A stretch of DNA of 64,000 nt from Trypanosoma brucei (Eukaryota), in contig CH464491.1 of assembly GCA_000002445.1 (NCBI GenBank), positions 3,104,001-3,168,000 of the forward strand. The letters run 5' to 3'. The notes under the pieces were generated by a model. That model saw nothing but the letters and a program-made list of their open reading frames with translations, did not search any database and was not told the origin of the DNA. This document shows, one piece after another, positions 30,336 through 43,295 of this stretch (the stretch's first letter is position 1; the number at the start of each line of letters is the position of its first letter). Position numbers and translations under genes: made by a program.

Positions 30336-33012
30336 TTGGCGAAGCGCTTGTAAGCACTGCTCAAAAGCATTTCCACACACACACACACACCTTCACGTTG
30401 TCGCGGAAACGGGGGAGGGGGGAAGGAAGGGGTGCATTTCCCTGTCGGAAAGTTTGCAATAAGTGGAAAGAGCTCGGGCATGCATAACCAAACGAAGCCG
30501 CTGTGTGCTTCTGTTTGTATTCTGCATAAAGTGCAAATATGAGTGGAACTGAAGGTGACTAGTCGTTTCTGACCCTTATCGTAGCGCACTCGTCCCGTCT
30601 CTGTAATTGCGCTGCCGCCGCATATAACCAACTTTGCAGGACCCACCCCTGCGCTGCGTTGCGCAGCGGCAAGAGTGAGGGCAAGGACGCAGTATTGCAC
30701 CCTTCCTTGCCCTATTATCGAAATCCTTTTGTGCGTACGCTTTGATTTGTGTGAATCCCTTTCTGCATTGGAAAATTGAAAACAAAAAAATACTTACACG
30801 TACCCGAAGAAGAGGCAAAAAAAGCCTTTTGATTTTGAATAACATACGTGGGCGCGTTGTTACTTGAATCGTGTTGATGCGGCGCCCATGGTGAAAAGCG
30901 TTGCAAAGGCGTTGTATCTCTATGGGGGTGCATCTCCTGCGTTCGACCTCCTCCCCACTTGATGAATTTGACAAGACACGATAGCGGCCAAATGAAGCAA
31001 GGGTAATTGAGTTTCTTGCGACGCCGGGAGGGCACGCATTCGGAGGGGAAGTTCCAAATTAGTTCAATAGCACAGGAGAGAATGGAAAGGAAGTAAACCG
31101 CGTGAATGTGATTCCTCCCACGGACCCGCCCCCCCCCCAGGATGTGAAAAAGGGCCAATGTTCCATGCCGGCGCTAAATTTCTCAGAGGGAAGGTCAGCA
31201 GCCTGCGGGAGCGGCGGGGTTGCGAGACACAAGTCAAAGCCAACGCACCGCGACTCGGAAAAGGTAGCGAAGGGCGAGGTTCATGAGGTGCTGCGCTTAG
31301 CAAAACCCCACAAACTCCGTTCCGCACTCCACACACCCACATGCCTCGCGCAAAACAAAAAACTGAGCACCCCGGAGCCTGTTTATTGGTACTCGTTTCA
31401 CCCCATCCGGGTGAACATTCACGATGTCGCCAACCCAAGCTGCCAGGTCCACAACCGGTAACAGCTTTGACAAAATGGCAAGCGGCTTTGCAGTGCTGAT
31501 CGATGCCCCGTTTGCCTTGCGACTCACGGCACTCCTCATCTGTGGAACATACGTTGAACCCCTAGAACATGCCAGCCGTAGACGAGTGCCACCGTCGACC
31601 ACGGGCCCTCACACCGGTTACCGCAGGTCACTCGGAAAGGAAGGGGGAGGCGGTCACGGGATGGCGAAGTCGGAGCGCAGGTCAGCGTGACAGAAAAGGA
31701 TAGCCGCATATCATCCGCATGAGCAATGTGGAAAACAACTGGGCGATTGGTTGAATGCAAGTGGGCACTGAAGAATCATGGGGCGTTTCCCCGCACCATC
31801 TCAAACCCCTGGAGGGTATCGTTACACGTGGAGATGCCGAATTTAGGCACCACCAATACAGCCGCACATACTTGCGTGACAGCCAAGTTCACTAGCCACA
31901 ACACGAAGAAGGCAGAATAGGTTAGATAAACCCAGAAGACTGGAAGAAGGATATTGGAAAACAGGAACGGTGCTGAACGGAAGGCCACCGGTGGTGTCTT
32001 CCTCGGATGAAGGCGGCGATGCCTGTTGGGAATTGTCCACCCGCCTCGGAGATTGCGGAAACAAGTGCGCTCAAACCTGCGGATGGCAGGCGCAAATAAA
32101 GGACATGCGGTGGGGAGCGGGAGGGGGGTACGACGAGAGGGCACTCAACGGGTTAAGGGATATACCGCCGAAAGAAAAAAAAGTGGATCAACGCACCCTC
32201 TCCTCTCCGCCGCAACCATTCCCAAAACCCTCCTTCTCACCTCTGTTGCCGTTCCCGGCCCGAGTGATGCGCACCGGTGTGAAGCCGAAGCCCTACTGCC
32301 CTGTGAAGTGCTTTTGAAAGATAACAGGATACGCCCAGTTACGAGGAAGCGAAAGTTTAGGTTGCAACGCCGCATGTGCGACCTTCGACGATTCCCTCCT
32401 GCTCTCAGTCGGTTGCGGGCACCTTCCTTCACATAGCCACGTGGCTTTCTCAGTCGTCTTTTTAGCTCAATCAGTCTTCCACATGTATTACCGCAGTGCG
32501 GAAGTCAGCGGGTTTCTGCTTACGTTTCCTTCTGCGACCTTCAAGCGCCTCCCCGCACCATGCGGTGGTCTCTAAACTGCATCTTTAATGTGATTTTGGG
32601 TGCGTGTCTGGCTCCTCCGAGCCTTCCACATTCCATGTTGGGCTACGGCTTCCCCTTGGTTCTTTCATCTTCGCTAACAACCGCGATCGCCCCATCCACT
32701 TTCCGTTCCGTTGCGCAGCATTCGGTAGACAAGCCGTTCCCCATTACCACCGGGAGCCATCTTAGTAACCCCATGAGGTCTCTTAGAAGTGCCTGCAGGC
32801 GCCCCGCACCAACACCTAACTCGTTATTCGCTCCGCTTCAAGGTTCCCAAGAGCCGCTCGCATTCCCCGATGCGTTGGGTTTCGGGAGCCACTTAATAGA
32901 ACAAAACTGAAGGTGTGCAACCTTCACTGCTACCCTCAGGCAGCCTATCTCAGAACGGCGATACACTATACCGAGGCGAAATTATTCCAGGCTTCTGCTG
33001 CCTAAAATTTAA

Positions 33013-35900
33013 AAACCCTAACCCAAGGAGCACACACACACATACAGACACATTGCATCAGTCAATAACGTCATTTAAGCATCGTCCGCACCACACTTAA
33101 AATACTGCTTTCAGCACTCAAACATTACTCAAACCACTCCTAACGCAGTTGAAGTGCTAATCTCAGAGTTACCTGGAGTACTCATAAATGGCTTTTCAAA
33201 TCAAATGGAGATCACCACACTAGTAAGGCATACAGGACTCGTTACAGCTCAGTATCTCAACACACAAAGAAGGAGGCAGCACAAAGCCCACCCCAAAACA
33301 GCACACATCACTATCCACAATTGTTCGTGGAGCATTCATTTGTGTTAGCGAGACGAGCACAAGAGGAGCAGTTGGTTTCAATCCTTAGTTTGCCGTTTGC
33401 ATAATACATGGTCGAAAACCAATGCCAATATGATTCCTCCTGTGATCTGTAAAATTAACGACCCAACAAAAATTACTAATGTAGGAGTGGGAGGTTCGGC
33501 AGGGTCACGCAGGAAAACGATCGGTGCCATTAAAGGATGCTACTACCATCCAACTCGGAAGCAAATACACGGCGGCATGCATGTGATCGATAAGGAATCA
33601 AATCAAATACAATAGTGAACCCTAGCGGCATCCAAACTGTTAAGAAGATTGACGCTCCGAAGGTGGGTGAGCCAGGATAAAAACAACCAAACAATTCAGT
33701 GGGACGAGTAAGTGACACAGAGGAACCCAATATGGCCAAGTCACAGAAACTATCAGTGGGTACCACAACAAATCTGCAGAAAAAATTAATGGCGTACACT
33801 TCGCAAAACAACGCTCATCCACCATATCAACTCTCCGGTGACACAGCAGCACCAAACAGGCGCCGAGTCACCTTCCAACCCAGGAGTTACTCAGTGTGAC
33901 ACACGTATATGTTGACTTTCATGCCACCACCAGTAGTACACTCACGCTGCTTCAAACCGTGTACCAGCTAACGGCAGGTATATTCATCCAGCACTATAAA
34001 GGAATTAAGCATCTAAGGATACGCAGGCCCTGCTGATTCTGAAACAGTCCCTAATACAATATTATCCTTACCACTAGAAGTAACTAAATTCATTAACAAT
34101 CATGAGGGATATAAAGATAGCAATCGGTTTCTGGAAAAGCACCGAACCAACAGTAAAGAGAAAGTCAACAACGCAGCCACAAGCGTCGAGTTACCAAGGA
34201 GGGGGGCGGTGGTTGGAAGTATTAACGACACATAACGCGCACAACAACTGCCCAATTAAGACGCTTTGCACCCTAAGATCCCCATCAATTCATTTAACAA
34301 ACAAAGAAAGGGATGAGAGGCGGGACTATCATACAGCCACGCTGCTAAGCCTTCCTACGTTAATGCAGAGTGCGGCGGATGTGACAGCAACCCCCCAAAC
34401 CAACAGAAAAAACTCAAGGAAATTATTCTTTACTTTGTATGTGCGTTCTTCTTTCATACATCATTCGGTAGCACTGCTATAGTCAGGAGAACAGAAGCGG
34501 CTTTATTAAAGAGCAATTGCCATTCCCTTAACAACACATCATCTCCTTTAACCAAACCCCATATCTCCTTCTTTCCGATTCTTGTTCCACTCAACTTTAC
34601 ATATCCACAGATGGCTCCTTAGAGGGTTTCTTCCCCCTCGCAGTTAACGAGCCGCTCGGCCTTTGCCTCCGAATGCCGTCCATCTTCTCTTTCATTTCAG
34701 CCATCTGTTCCGCAAGCTTGGTGCGTGCGGCACTCAGCTTCGACAGTTTATCCTTAACTTCATCCTCGGCTTTAATTATATCGGCCTTCTGCTTCTCCAG
34801 GCCCTTCAATCTGAACTGCAGGTCCTTCATATTCTTATCGAACAGATTGTCCTGACTCCTCATGTCACCCATCAGCTCGGTCATTAAGTCCATGTTTTGC
34901 TTCCGGAACTCCGCTTCGCGCCGCGTAATGACGGCTTGCATTTCGATGAGTCTCCGGTCCATGGTTTATTGGGATTCCTTACCGAAGTATCACTTTAAGA
35001 ATATCAGACTGCAGTAGAGGTCTTCACTGCAGTACGTAATAGCTATTCTGAATATATACACAGAACGCTATATTACGTTGTCCAAAAATATTTATATTCT
35101 CCCCGCTGTTTTACCTTTCGTTGTTCTTTCAATACGAGCCTCAGCAAAAAGAAAAAAAATGATTTACAAAAATAGCCTAATACAGGATGCTTTGTCTAGG
35201 TATCGCAAACACTTGAAAAATCTGCAACTAGTAAGGAGGAAGAAGGCACAAATTGGGAGATGGCTGTGACAGTTGTAGTGTCCATAAAATAATTAGCATA
35301 TTACTAGACACGGGAATATGGAGAGAGTACACTTAGCCACACACCAGTAGCGCTACCGGATCTCTGATACACATTTTCACAACCGCAACAGCATCTTATC
35401 TTGTTCCTTGTAGAAGATCCCATTGTTCACACTCATTAAGGAAGCATTAAATCGTCTCATACATAATAGAAAGGTGCTGTGGTAAAGAGAGTGGAAATCC
35501 GCCTTATGGAAGTTAAAGAGGGAATCCATAACCCAACCGGTGCACTTCACGGAATAAATTAAAGCGCACGTATCCACGTATGCACATATTGGTAAAGTTA
35601 GCAAATGCAACACAGATGACAGAGGTACCGAACACCAAACAAATATATTATCAAAGTCTTCAATAATCACATGGTGTGGCAAAATCATGAAAGATACACC
35701 GAACAAAGCGGCACGTGTCACGACTAGAGGTGTGAATGGCAAACGGCGAACAAAACACAGTCAATCAGACACCAAGCCATACGAGCATCAGGTAACTCCT
35801 AAGCGAGCCCTTCAACAGGAAAGAAGCAAAGTAACATTTTTCATCACTTGAAGGACTCCCTTCCAGTTATTGCAAGGTTAGTAAGCAGATGTCGGTTCCC
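33013..35900 (+). repeat. Repeat unit copy A1 (full-length, direct orientation) of a ~2.9 kb element present three times
   Basis: Near-identical to 38988-41105 (offset 5202 nt; only one difference found in the stretches compared) and to the reverse complement of 43860-46905. Identical ORF translations recur at 33154/46572, 33699/46021, 34102/39304, 34597/39799/44808 and 35377/40579/44028. The first ~1.6 kb is strongly A/C-rich on the + strand. Confidence 0.9.
34597..34962 (-). CDS. 121-aa coiled-coil ORF carried by the repeat unit (copy in A1)
   Basis: MDRRLIEMQAVITRREAEFRKQNMDLMTELMGDMRSQDNLFDKNMKDLQFRLKGLEKQKADIIKAEDEVKDKLSKLSAARTKLAEQMAEMKEKMDGIRRQRPSGSLTARGKKPSKEPSVDM has heptad-like, charged, non-random composition and is identical in all three copies. 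No family recognised. Confidence 0.3.
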   Translation of the reverse strand: MDRRLIEMQAVITRREAEFRKQNMDLMTELMGDMRSQDNLFDKNMKDLQFRLKGLEKQKADIIKAEDEVKDKLSKLSAARTKLAEQMAEMKEKMDGIRRQRPSGSLTARGKKPSKEPSVDM

Positions 35901-38199
35901 TGGCTTGAATGCAAACGATGATGGTGTTGTTTGGAAATAAGCAGTGCCTATCCTTGGATGTTTTACGTTTTTTTCAGCAATTTTTCTGCGATAATGAAAA
36001 ATACCGTTCCCTCGGCTGCTTTGCGCTCCACTCCGCAGGTGACGAATATAGTTTACTAACCATATCCTGATCATCCTCACTTGATATCTTCCATAGCACG
36101 GAAGCTGTCCCGTTCATCTCGTCGGGCGGGGATCTACTTTGTAGTGATTTAATGCCACAACGGTGCACATATGATTCACGGAGCCGAATGTTCTTGTATA
36201 AACCATACGGTTCCCACCACCGTCTTTCTTTCTTTTCTTCGCCCCAGCTTAGTGGCCTAAGCAGCTTTGCCGCAACGCCTACCGTCGATCTCTTGGGTTA
36301 GGGCCCTGATTGTTGCGGCTGAGGTAAATGGTTCGGGTAATCTTTCAACCTGAGAGCAATATTCCATCCCATTAGTTTGCGGGCGGTGCTCTCAAGGGTT
36401 GCTAGCCGGAGCAATATCACATCTGCTGCGGATTTGCTTGCATTCGGGAAGTGGTATTATAATGCCCTTCCCTCCGCTTCTTCGGTGCTACACTGTGTTC
36501 CACACAGTGGCTATACAGTTTCGGTAGGTTTTTTTGTCCCCGCCGAGCTTCTATAATCCCACGCACGCATTTTCCCTGTGGACACCGTTCTCACGGATAA
36601 TCCACTTAACACTAACTTTAATTCCTCCATGGCAAGCAAGATGTGCATATAATTCCCTACCCCAGGCAGCGCCGTCTCCGGAGTCCCTAGAACCTTTGCG
36701 AATTCCCTCCTGCTAATCCCTGCAGTTGCCTTTTCTTTGCTGCTTTTGCACCCGGTGGTACCTGCCATGTACCACCACTGGGGTGCTCCGCAGCGTTGGT
36801 GCATATGCCGCATTTACTAAGCTCTGGGTTCATGACTCAGTGAGATTGTGTACACACCCACTGCTACCGCGCGTTCCCTCCAGTGCAGCATACATGGTGA
36901 CAGTGTCATGGCTGTCACGGGTTATGCCAAATATGTTCACACAAGCGTGTATTTATGGGCACTTTTCTGGTGTTAGTCTAACCGACGCTCTTCTAAACTC
37001 TCCCGTTTGTCCTGGCCAATGCACCACATACGTACAGCCCTCTATCGCCACTGACACCCTTAACTCCTTAAGGTGCCATGCTATTCGAGTGTTCCGGAAA
37101 ACCAGGTATCACTTTGCCTTCTACTCGTTCACCGCCCAGACACAACCCCCGCGTAATGCGAAGTCCACCTTAGTCTTCGTGAATGTACTTTGCCAACGCA
37201 AGTCTTTTCAGCTGGGGGAGGACTAAAGTATTCTACCGCGATCCACGTGAAATAGGATCTGTGGTGTTTTTTTTTCCGATATTACCACGCACGGTATCAG
37301 TGGTAGCAAAGCACATATAATCAAAAAAGCGTGCTTTCACGCCCAGTAGATAATAAAGATATCCCTCGCCACCACCGGAGGGGTTACGGCGTTGCTGTAT
37401 GCCCCCACCGTAGTGAACAATGGCAGTTCGGCGGCGTCAATATCCAAAGACTGAGTGATGCAGAAACTTGGTTTGTCCTACAAGGGTATCCGCACAAGAT
37501 GCATGTGCGACACCCCTACTTGCATGCAGAACAGGTGCCTGTTGTGCAACTTCGAAAGCAAATTAGGTCGTTTCTCCGTAACGCATTAAGCTGGGTGAGG
37601 ACAATCATTTAACATCAGAGGACACTGTAAAGGTGTAAGAAGTCTTAGCGGTCGCGCACAGTCAATGCGACAAACACATTCATGTTGTCCTGTGTTTAGT
37701 GCCACAGCCAGAATAAAGGAGCCTGCAGTAGAAAGTAATAAGCTCCTTTCCGCCCCCACCCCGTTCAGGTAGCAGTTCCGTGTTCCCCCATGGTGGGGTT
37801 CCTGTGGAGGCCAATCAACACTGAAAAATATTGGCAACAAAACGAGACTCAGCGAAGAGTAGGCAAACAAAATAAAAAAAAAGTGCAATTGCTCTGCCTA
37901 ACACACTGTTGTTATAGTATCCCTGAGTCCGGAAGGCGGCGCCCCATGCATCGCGCAACGTCACAAAGTCAACCAAACACAGAGAGCATGCAGATTGATA
38001 TCACACGGAAATGATGAACATTCGTCCGTCAGAGGAGGGGAAATAGCGACGGCACGCGCCACTTATCTCGAGAACACGGTAACAAGCACGGCAGCAAACG
38101 ATACGACCCGCACTTAAATATTTCTTTACTTTTCATTGTCTACATACCAGAAACGCAACACCGCCATATCTCTTAAAATCTGCACACCCTTTCATTTCT

Positions 38200-38987
38200 G
38201 CGCACTAGTTTATGAAAAAAAAACAAAGAGTCCCCAAGACAAGCTTGATGCCCAGAAACCACAGTTACTAAACGGTACATCACATTCTTCAGTGCTTCCC
38301 CCTACACCAAAAAGTTGGAAAAACAAACAAACATATGCTACATCAACATTACGACACTGCAGAGCTCCAGAGACATGATTCACACATGCAGAAACAATTA
38401 AAGACAAAACAACTAAAGGACAGAGATGACATATTTTTGTAATAACAATATGGGCACCAACATTTTTCGGAAGATCAGCTAAGGGTAAAAAAAACATATA
38501 TACACATCAGATCCAACCTACAAAATTCAACAAAAAGGAAAGCACAGCAAAAGATCTAGCAAATATATGTAGTAAAACAGAAACGAAGACACAGCAATTA
38601 TTTATATTATTAAAATTACAAATTCTAAACACATTTTAATAAATCAACAAAGCTCCAAGAATGTCAAAAAAAAAAACACGTAACCCACAACAATAAACAA
38701 AACAGGAAACCGCCACCCACAAAAACTGCAACAGCCAACAAAATAGGATTAAACAAAAAAATGAAAAACCCCTCCGTCACCATAAAAACAAATTAATAAT
38801 ATACTAAGAAGAAAAAGCAACCATCCACCACCGAACACAAAAAAATAAGAATATAATATATAAAAAATAAAAAAATTCTAACAAATTATACGGAAGTGGA
38901 ATCTAAATGTAAATATATACAACACCGACTAAAAATCATAAAAAAACAAGAGCAAAAAATACATGAGCATAATTGACAACAAAAAAA
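38200..38987 (+). repeat. ~800 bp A/C-rich low-complexity tract (poly-A runs, acaaaa-like motifs) immediately 5' of repeat copy A2
   Basis: Direct reading: extreme A richness with almost no G/T on the + strand (..caaaaaaaaaaacacgtaacccacaacaataaacaaaacaggaaacc..). Confidence 0.85.
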
Positions 38988-41668
38988 TTAATGGCGTACA
39001 CTTCGCAAAACAACGCTCATCCACCATATCAACTCTCCGGTGACACAGCAGCACCAAACAGGCGCCGAGTCACCTTCCAACCCAGGAGTTACTCAGTGTG
39101 ACACACGTATATGTTGACTTTCATGCCACCACCAGTAGTACACTCACGCTGCTTCAAACCGTGTACCAGCTAACGGCAGGTATATTCATCCAGCACTATA
39201 AAGGAATTAAGCATCTAAGGATACGCAGGCCCTGCTGATTCTGAAACAGTCCCTAATACAATATTATCCTTACCACTAGAAGTAACTAAATTCATTAACA
39301 ATCATGAGGGATATAAAGATAGCAATCGGTTTCTGGAAAAGCACCGAACCAACAGTAAAGAGAAAGTCAACAACGCAGCCACAAGCGTCGAGTTACCAAG
39401 GAGGGGGGCGGTGGTTGGAAGTATTAACGACACATAACGCGCACAACAACTGCCCAATTAAGACGCTTTGCACCCTAAGATCCCCATCAATTCATTTAAC
39501 AAACAAAGAAAGGGATGAGAGGCGGGACTATCATACAGCCACGCTGCTAAGCCTTCCTACGTTAATGCAGAGTGCGGCGGATGTGACAGCAACCCCCCAA
39601 ACCAACAGAAAAAACTCAAGGAAATTATTCTTTACTTTGTATGTGCGTTCTTCTTTCATACATCATTCGGTAGCACTGCTATAGTCAGGAGAACAGAAGC
39701 GGCTTTATTAAAGAGCAATTGCCATTCCCTTAACAACACATCATCTCCTTTAACCAAACCCCATATCTCCTTCTTTCCGATTCTTGTTCCACTCAACTTT
39801 ACATATCCACAGATGGCTCCTTAGAGGGTTTCTTCCCCCTCGCAGTTAACGAGCCGCTCGGCCTTTGCCTCCGAATGCCGTCCATCTTCTCTTTCATTTC
39901 AGCCATCTGTTCCGCAAGCTTGGTGCGTGCGGCACTCAGCTTCGACAGTTTATCCTTAACTTCATCCTCGGCTTTAATTATATCGGCCTTCTGCTTCTCC
40001 AGGCCCTTCAATCTGAACTGCAGGTCCTTCATATTCTTATCGAACAGATTGTCCTGACTCCTCATGTCACCCATCAGCTCGGTCATTAAGTCCATGTTTT
40101 GCTTCCGGAACTCCGCTTCGCGCCGCGTAATGACGGCTTGCATTTCGATGAGTCTCCGGTCCATGGTTTATTGGGATTCCTTACCGAAGTATCACTTTAA
40201 GAATATCAGACTGCAGTAGAGGTCTTCACTGCAGTACGTAATAGCTATTCTGAATATATACACAGAACGCTATATTACGTTGTCCAAAAATATTTATATT
40301 CTCCCCACTGTTTTACCTTTCGTTGTTCTTTCAATACGAGCCTCAGCAAAAAGAAAAAAAATGATTTACAAAAATAGCCTAATACAGGATGCTTTGTCTA
40401 GGTATCGCAAACACTTGAAAAATCTGCAACTAGTAAGGAGGAAGAAGGCACAAATTGGGAGATGGCTGTGACAGTTGTAGTGTCCATAAAATAATTAGCA
40501 TATTACTAGACACGGGAATATGGAGAGAGTACACTTAGCCACACACCAGTAGCGCTACCGGATCTCTGATACACATTTTCACAACCGCAACAGCATCTTA
40601 TCTTGTTCCTTGTAGAAGATCCCATTGTTCACACTCATTAAGGAAGCATTAAATCGTCTCATACATAATAGAAAGGTGCTGTGGTAAAGAGAGTGGAAAT
40701 CCGCCTTATGGAAGTTAAAGAGGGAATCCATAACCCAACCGGTGCACTTCACGGAATAAATTAAAGCGCACGTATCCACGTATGCACATATTGGTAAAGT
40801 TAGCAAATGCAACACAGATGACAGAGGTACCGAACACCAAACAAATATATTATCAAAGTCTTCAATAATCACATGGTGTGGCAAAATCATGAAAGATACA
40901 CCGAACAAAGCGGCACGTGTCACGACTAGAGGTGTGAATGGCAAACGGCGAACAAAACACAGTCAATCAGACACCAAGCCATACGAGCATCAGGTAACTC
41001 CTAAGCGAGCCCTTCAACAGGAAAGAAGCAAAGTAACATTTTTCATCACTTGAAGGACTCCCTTCCAGTTATTGCAAGGTTAGTAAGCAGGTGTCGGTTC
41101 CTTGGCCCAATAGATAATCTTCCTTATTGATGCTCACATTCAATACGCCGAAAGAAATGGTACGGTGCGATTACCACCTCGGAAAAAAGCTCCACCCATG
41201 TAATGGATCCCCAATATAAGGGGCGTGCAACCTGGAAAGAAGGGCAAAAATAAAAAAGAGCCATCGCGGTTACACCTCGCCTTTACGCACTGTATGTGAT
41301 GTTCATGCCAAGCACACCCGTACTCCGCTACGTCCTCGCTGGCTCTGGAATCCCGCTGCCATGGAGGGGTGCCCACTCATGGTGGGGATGAAGACGCGTG
41401 GCGCCTGCCGCGCTGGGCAGGGGGGCGGGGGAAAGCGGAGGGAGGCCAGGCGACGTTTTTAACCGCCTGTGCGTCTCAGATTATCACCCCATATAGCACT
41501 GACCTACCCAGATTGGGAATTGCGAGCTCATTACCACTTCGTAAAAGATGGAACGACCAACACACGGCAACCAGCACATCGGCCCACGCACCCCTCCCTT
41601 CTCCACCAGGGGAGAAGCAAGAGTAGTGAATGCGACACCGCCTTGGGCATCTCACTGCGTTACCGCGG
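38988..41668 (+). repeat. Repeat unit copy A2 (direct orientation; 5'-truncated relative to A1; carries a 560 bp extension shared only with the inverted copy). Left arm of the long palindrome
   Basis: 38988-41105 matches A1 33782-35900. 41105-41668 is matched only by the reverse complement of 43296-43860. The arm ends at ...gcatctcactgcgttaccgcggcc. Confidence 0.9.
39799..40164 (-). CDS. 121-aa coiled-coil ORF (copy in A2)
   Basis: Identical translation to 34597..34962. Confidence 0.3.
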   Translation of the reverse strand: MDRRLIEMQAVITRREAEFRKQNMDLMTELMGDMRSQDNLFDKNMKDLQFRLKGLEKQKADIIKAEDEVKDKLSKLSAARTKLAEQMAEMKEKMDGIRRQRPSGSLTARGKKPSKEPSVDM

Positions 41669-43295
41669 CCCTACATCAACCGGATGCCCGAGTGAAATAG
41701 GATGGCCGCACTAAATAATATACTAGCAACCGCGGACCTGGCTTCTGGTAGACCCGTTGTTTTTATTGGCGATATAATTTTTTTTGTTTAAGCTTGTTAC
41801 ACCACTTTTTGTAGTTTGCTGAATAGGTATCTCCTTATATCTCTTGTCATCGGTATTAGATAACGGTAAAGGTGCTGAGCTGAATGTGGAGGTTTTACCT
41901 TTTTTCATTGGAAGCTGACCTATTATGTGCGTTAGGGTCTTAAGGCATTAAATGTTGCTATGAGCAGAGGGGTATATTGCCTTCAGCGCGTGTGTGTCTT
42001 CTCTGGGTGTGCGGTGCTTCCTTCCCAGAGAGGCACACCGTTCGCGACCAAAGGTCTGTTTAAAACCGTTGCTTCAGGTGTGCCGGCGGCCCTTCAACAT
42101 GATTGTTCTCGAACACTGTTTTGTTTAGCTGACTATGTGGACTTAAGGTAGGGAAAATACACTACCTTATTTAAACATTTTAGCACAAAAAATAAATCAG
42201 CAATTGCGGGGGATTTTACAAGTAACCTTTTGTTTCAACTGAAATCAGGAATACAAGGGTCGAATCTTCAGCGGAAATGGTGGCCTACCAAGTTAAGGAT
42301 ACAAAACTGACGGAGCACAAAACCACATCTGGACTCATGCGTAGACCGCGCCACTGTAGTGCCGAGTCATGTGTCAGAGTGAGAGGCGCCTTTGACAACA
42401 CGACTGGACAACTACTCGATTTCCCGTTTCAATATGCGCCACTCCGCCTAAGCATATTCTGCGCTCACTTTCAGGTGAAACGACCTCCAGAAGAGGAAAA
42501 GGTAAAATTAAAGCAGCAGAGCAACAACATGAGCAACCGTGAAAACAATAGATGCAAGTAACAGCATTCTGTAACAGAGGGCGCGTGTTCTGCGCGAAGT
42601 GCGTGTTAAGGGCTGGTGAAAGCCGCCGCCACTCAAAGAAAATTGGTTACTTAGCCCCGCCAAATCCCTGTATTTTAGTTTGGCCGCGCCCTTGTTGCTC
42701 CAGCCGCACGGCGTACACGCGTATTAGCATAGAATTCTCAACCATTCTTCCCGTATAATCTTAAACCTCTTCGGGGGAGCGTAATTGACTAACGCCACGC
42801 CTGAACGTATCTAAGGGCCTTCTGGAAATAATTTTTGCCTTGCAACGGATCTAGTGCGCTCCCCACTATGAGTTGATACCGTTGCCTTTCCGCCCCACTT
42901 TAATCCTCGTAGAATAAGATGAAGCCGCTCGGCTTTCGCTATCCGAGTAGGGTGCCGGAGCCTGGTAGCACGTTTGGGTGGCCCGCATCGCCAGGAGAAA
43001 CGAAATTATATCATTTCCCGCGATACACACCAAAACTTAACAAATACACCAGAGGCTAACTATTTCTTTACATTAGGCACTTCCTGCCAAAACAGCTGAT
43101 CGACACCGTCTCAACAAATGTAAGGCGTGGCTGTGAGCCTTCCTGGGGTCAGGAGGCGGCGGCGATGCAAGTGCCGGTTGGCGCCGGGGTGCCTGAATCG
43201 TTTGGGACTGTGGCCAGCACCCTTCGTATAAAACGCTTGCGAGTCGCCGGCCCCTCACGATTTGAGCATTACGTGCTTGTTGGCATTGAGGTTAC
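41669..43295. other. Unique ~1.6 kb central spacer of the palindrome (no repeat partner, no ORF over 100 aa)
   Basis: Flanked by exact inverted copies: 41369..41626(+)/43346..43603(-) and 41469..41714(+)/43255..43503(-) give identical translations on opposite strands. The sequence between the points where the arms diverge is single-copy in this window. Confidence 0.8.

Noticed and set aside
30336-32990. Several 100-150-aa ORFs on both strands between the last + gene and the repeat (e.g. 30715..31158 -, 31776..32144 -, 32026..32436 +)
   Set aside because: Arg/Pro/Gly-rich translations from GC-rich non-coding sequence. They overlap each other, have no motifs and no flanking pyrimidine-tract/ATG context, so they are treated as intergenic.
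33154-34482. Short + strand ORFs recurring in every repeat copy (33154..33348, 33397..33615, 33699..33899, 34102..34482 and their partners)
   Set aside because: They recur only because the DNA is repeated. They lie in the A/C-rich half of the unit, where stop codons (which need T or G) are rare. Translations are Thr/Gln/Asn/His-rich low-complexity, not protein-like.
42240-42275. tRNA-like B-box resemblance (gggtcgaatcttc) in the palindrome centre
   Set aside because: No upstream A-box (TRGCNNAGTGG), no foldable acceptor stem, and no T-run terminator at the right spacing. Only a partial match to GGTTCGAATCC.
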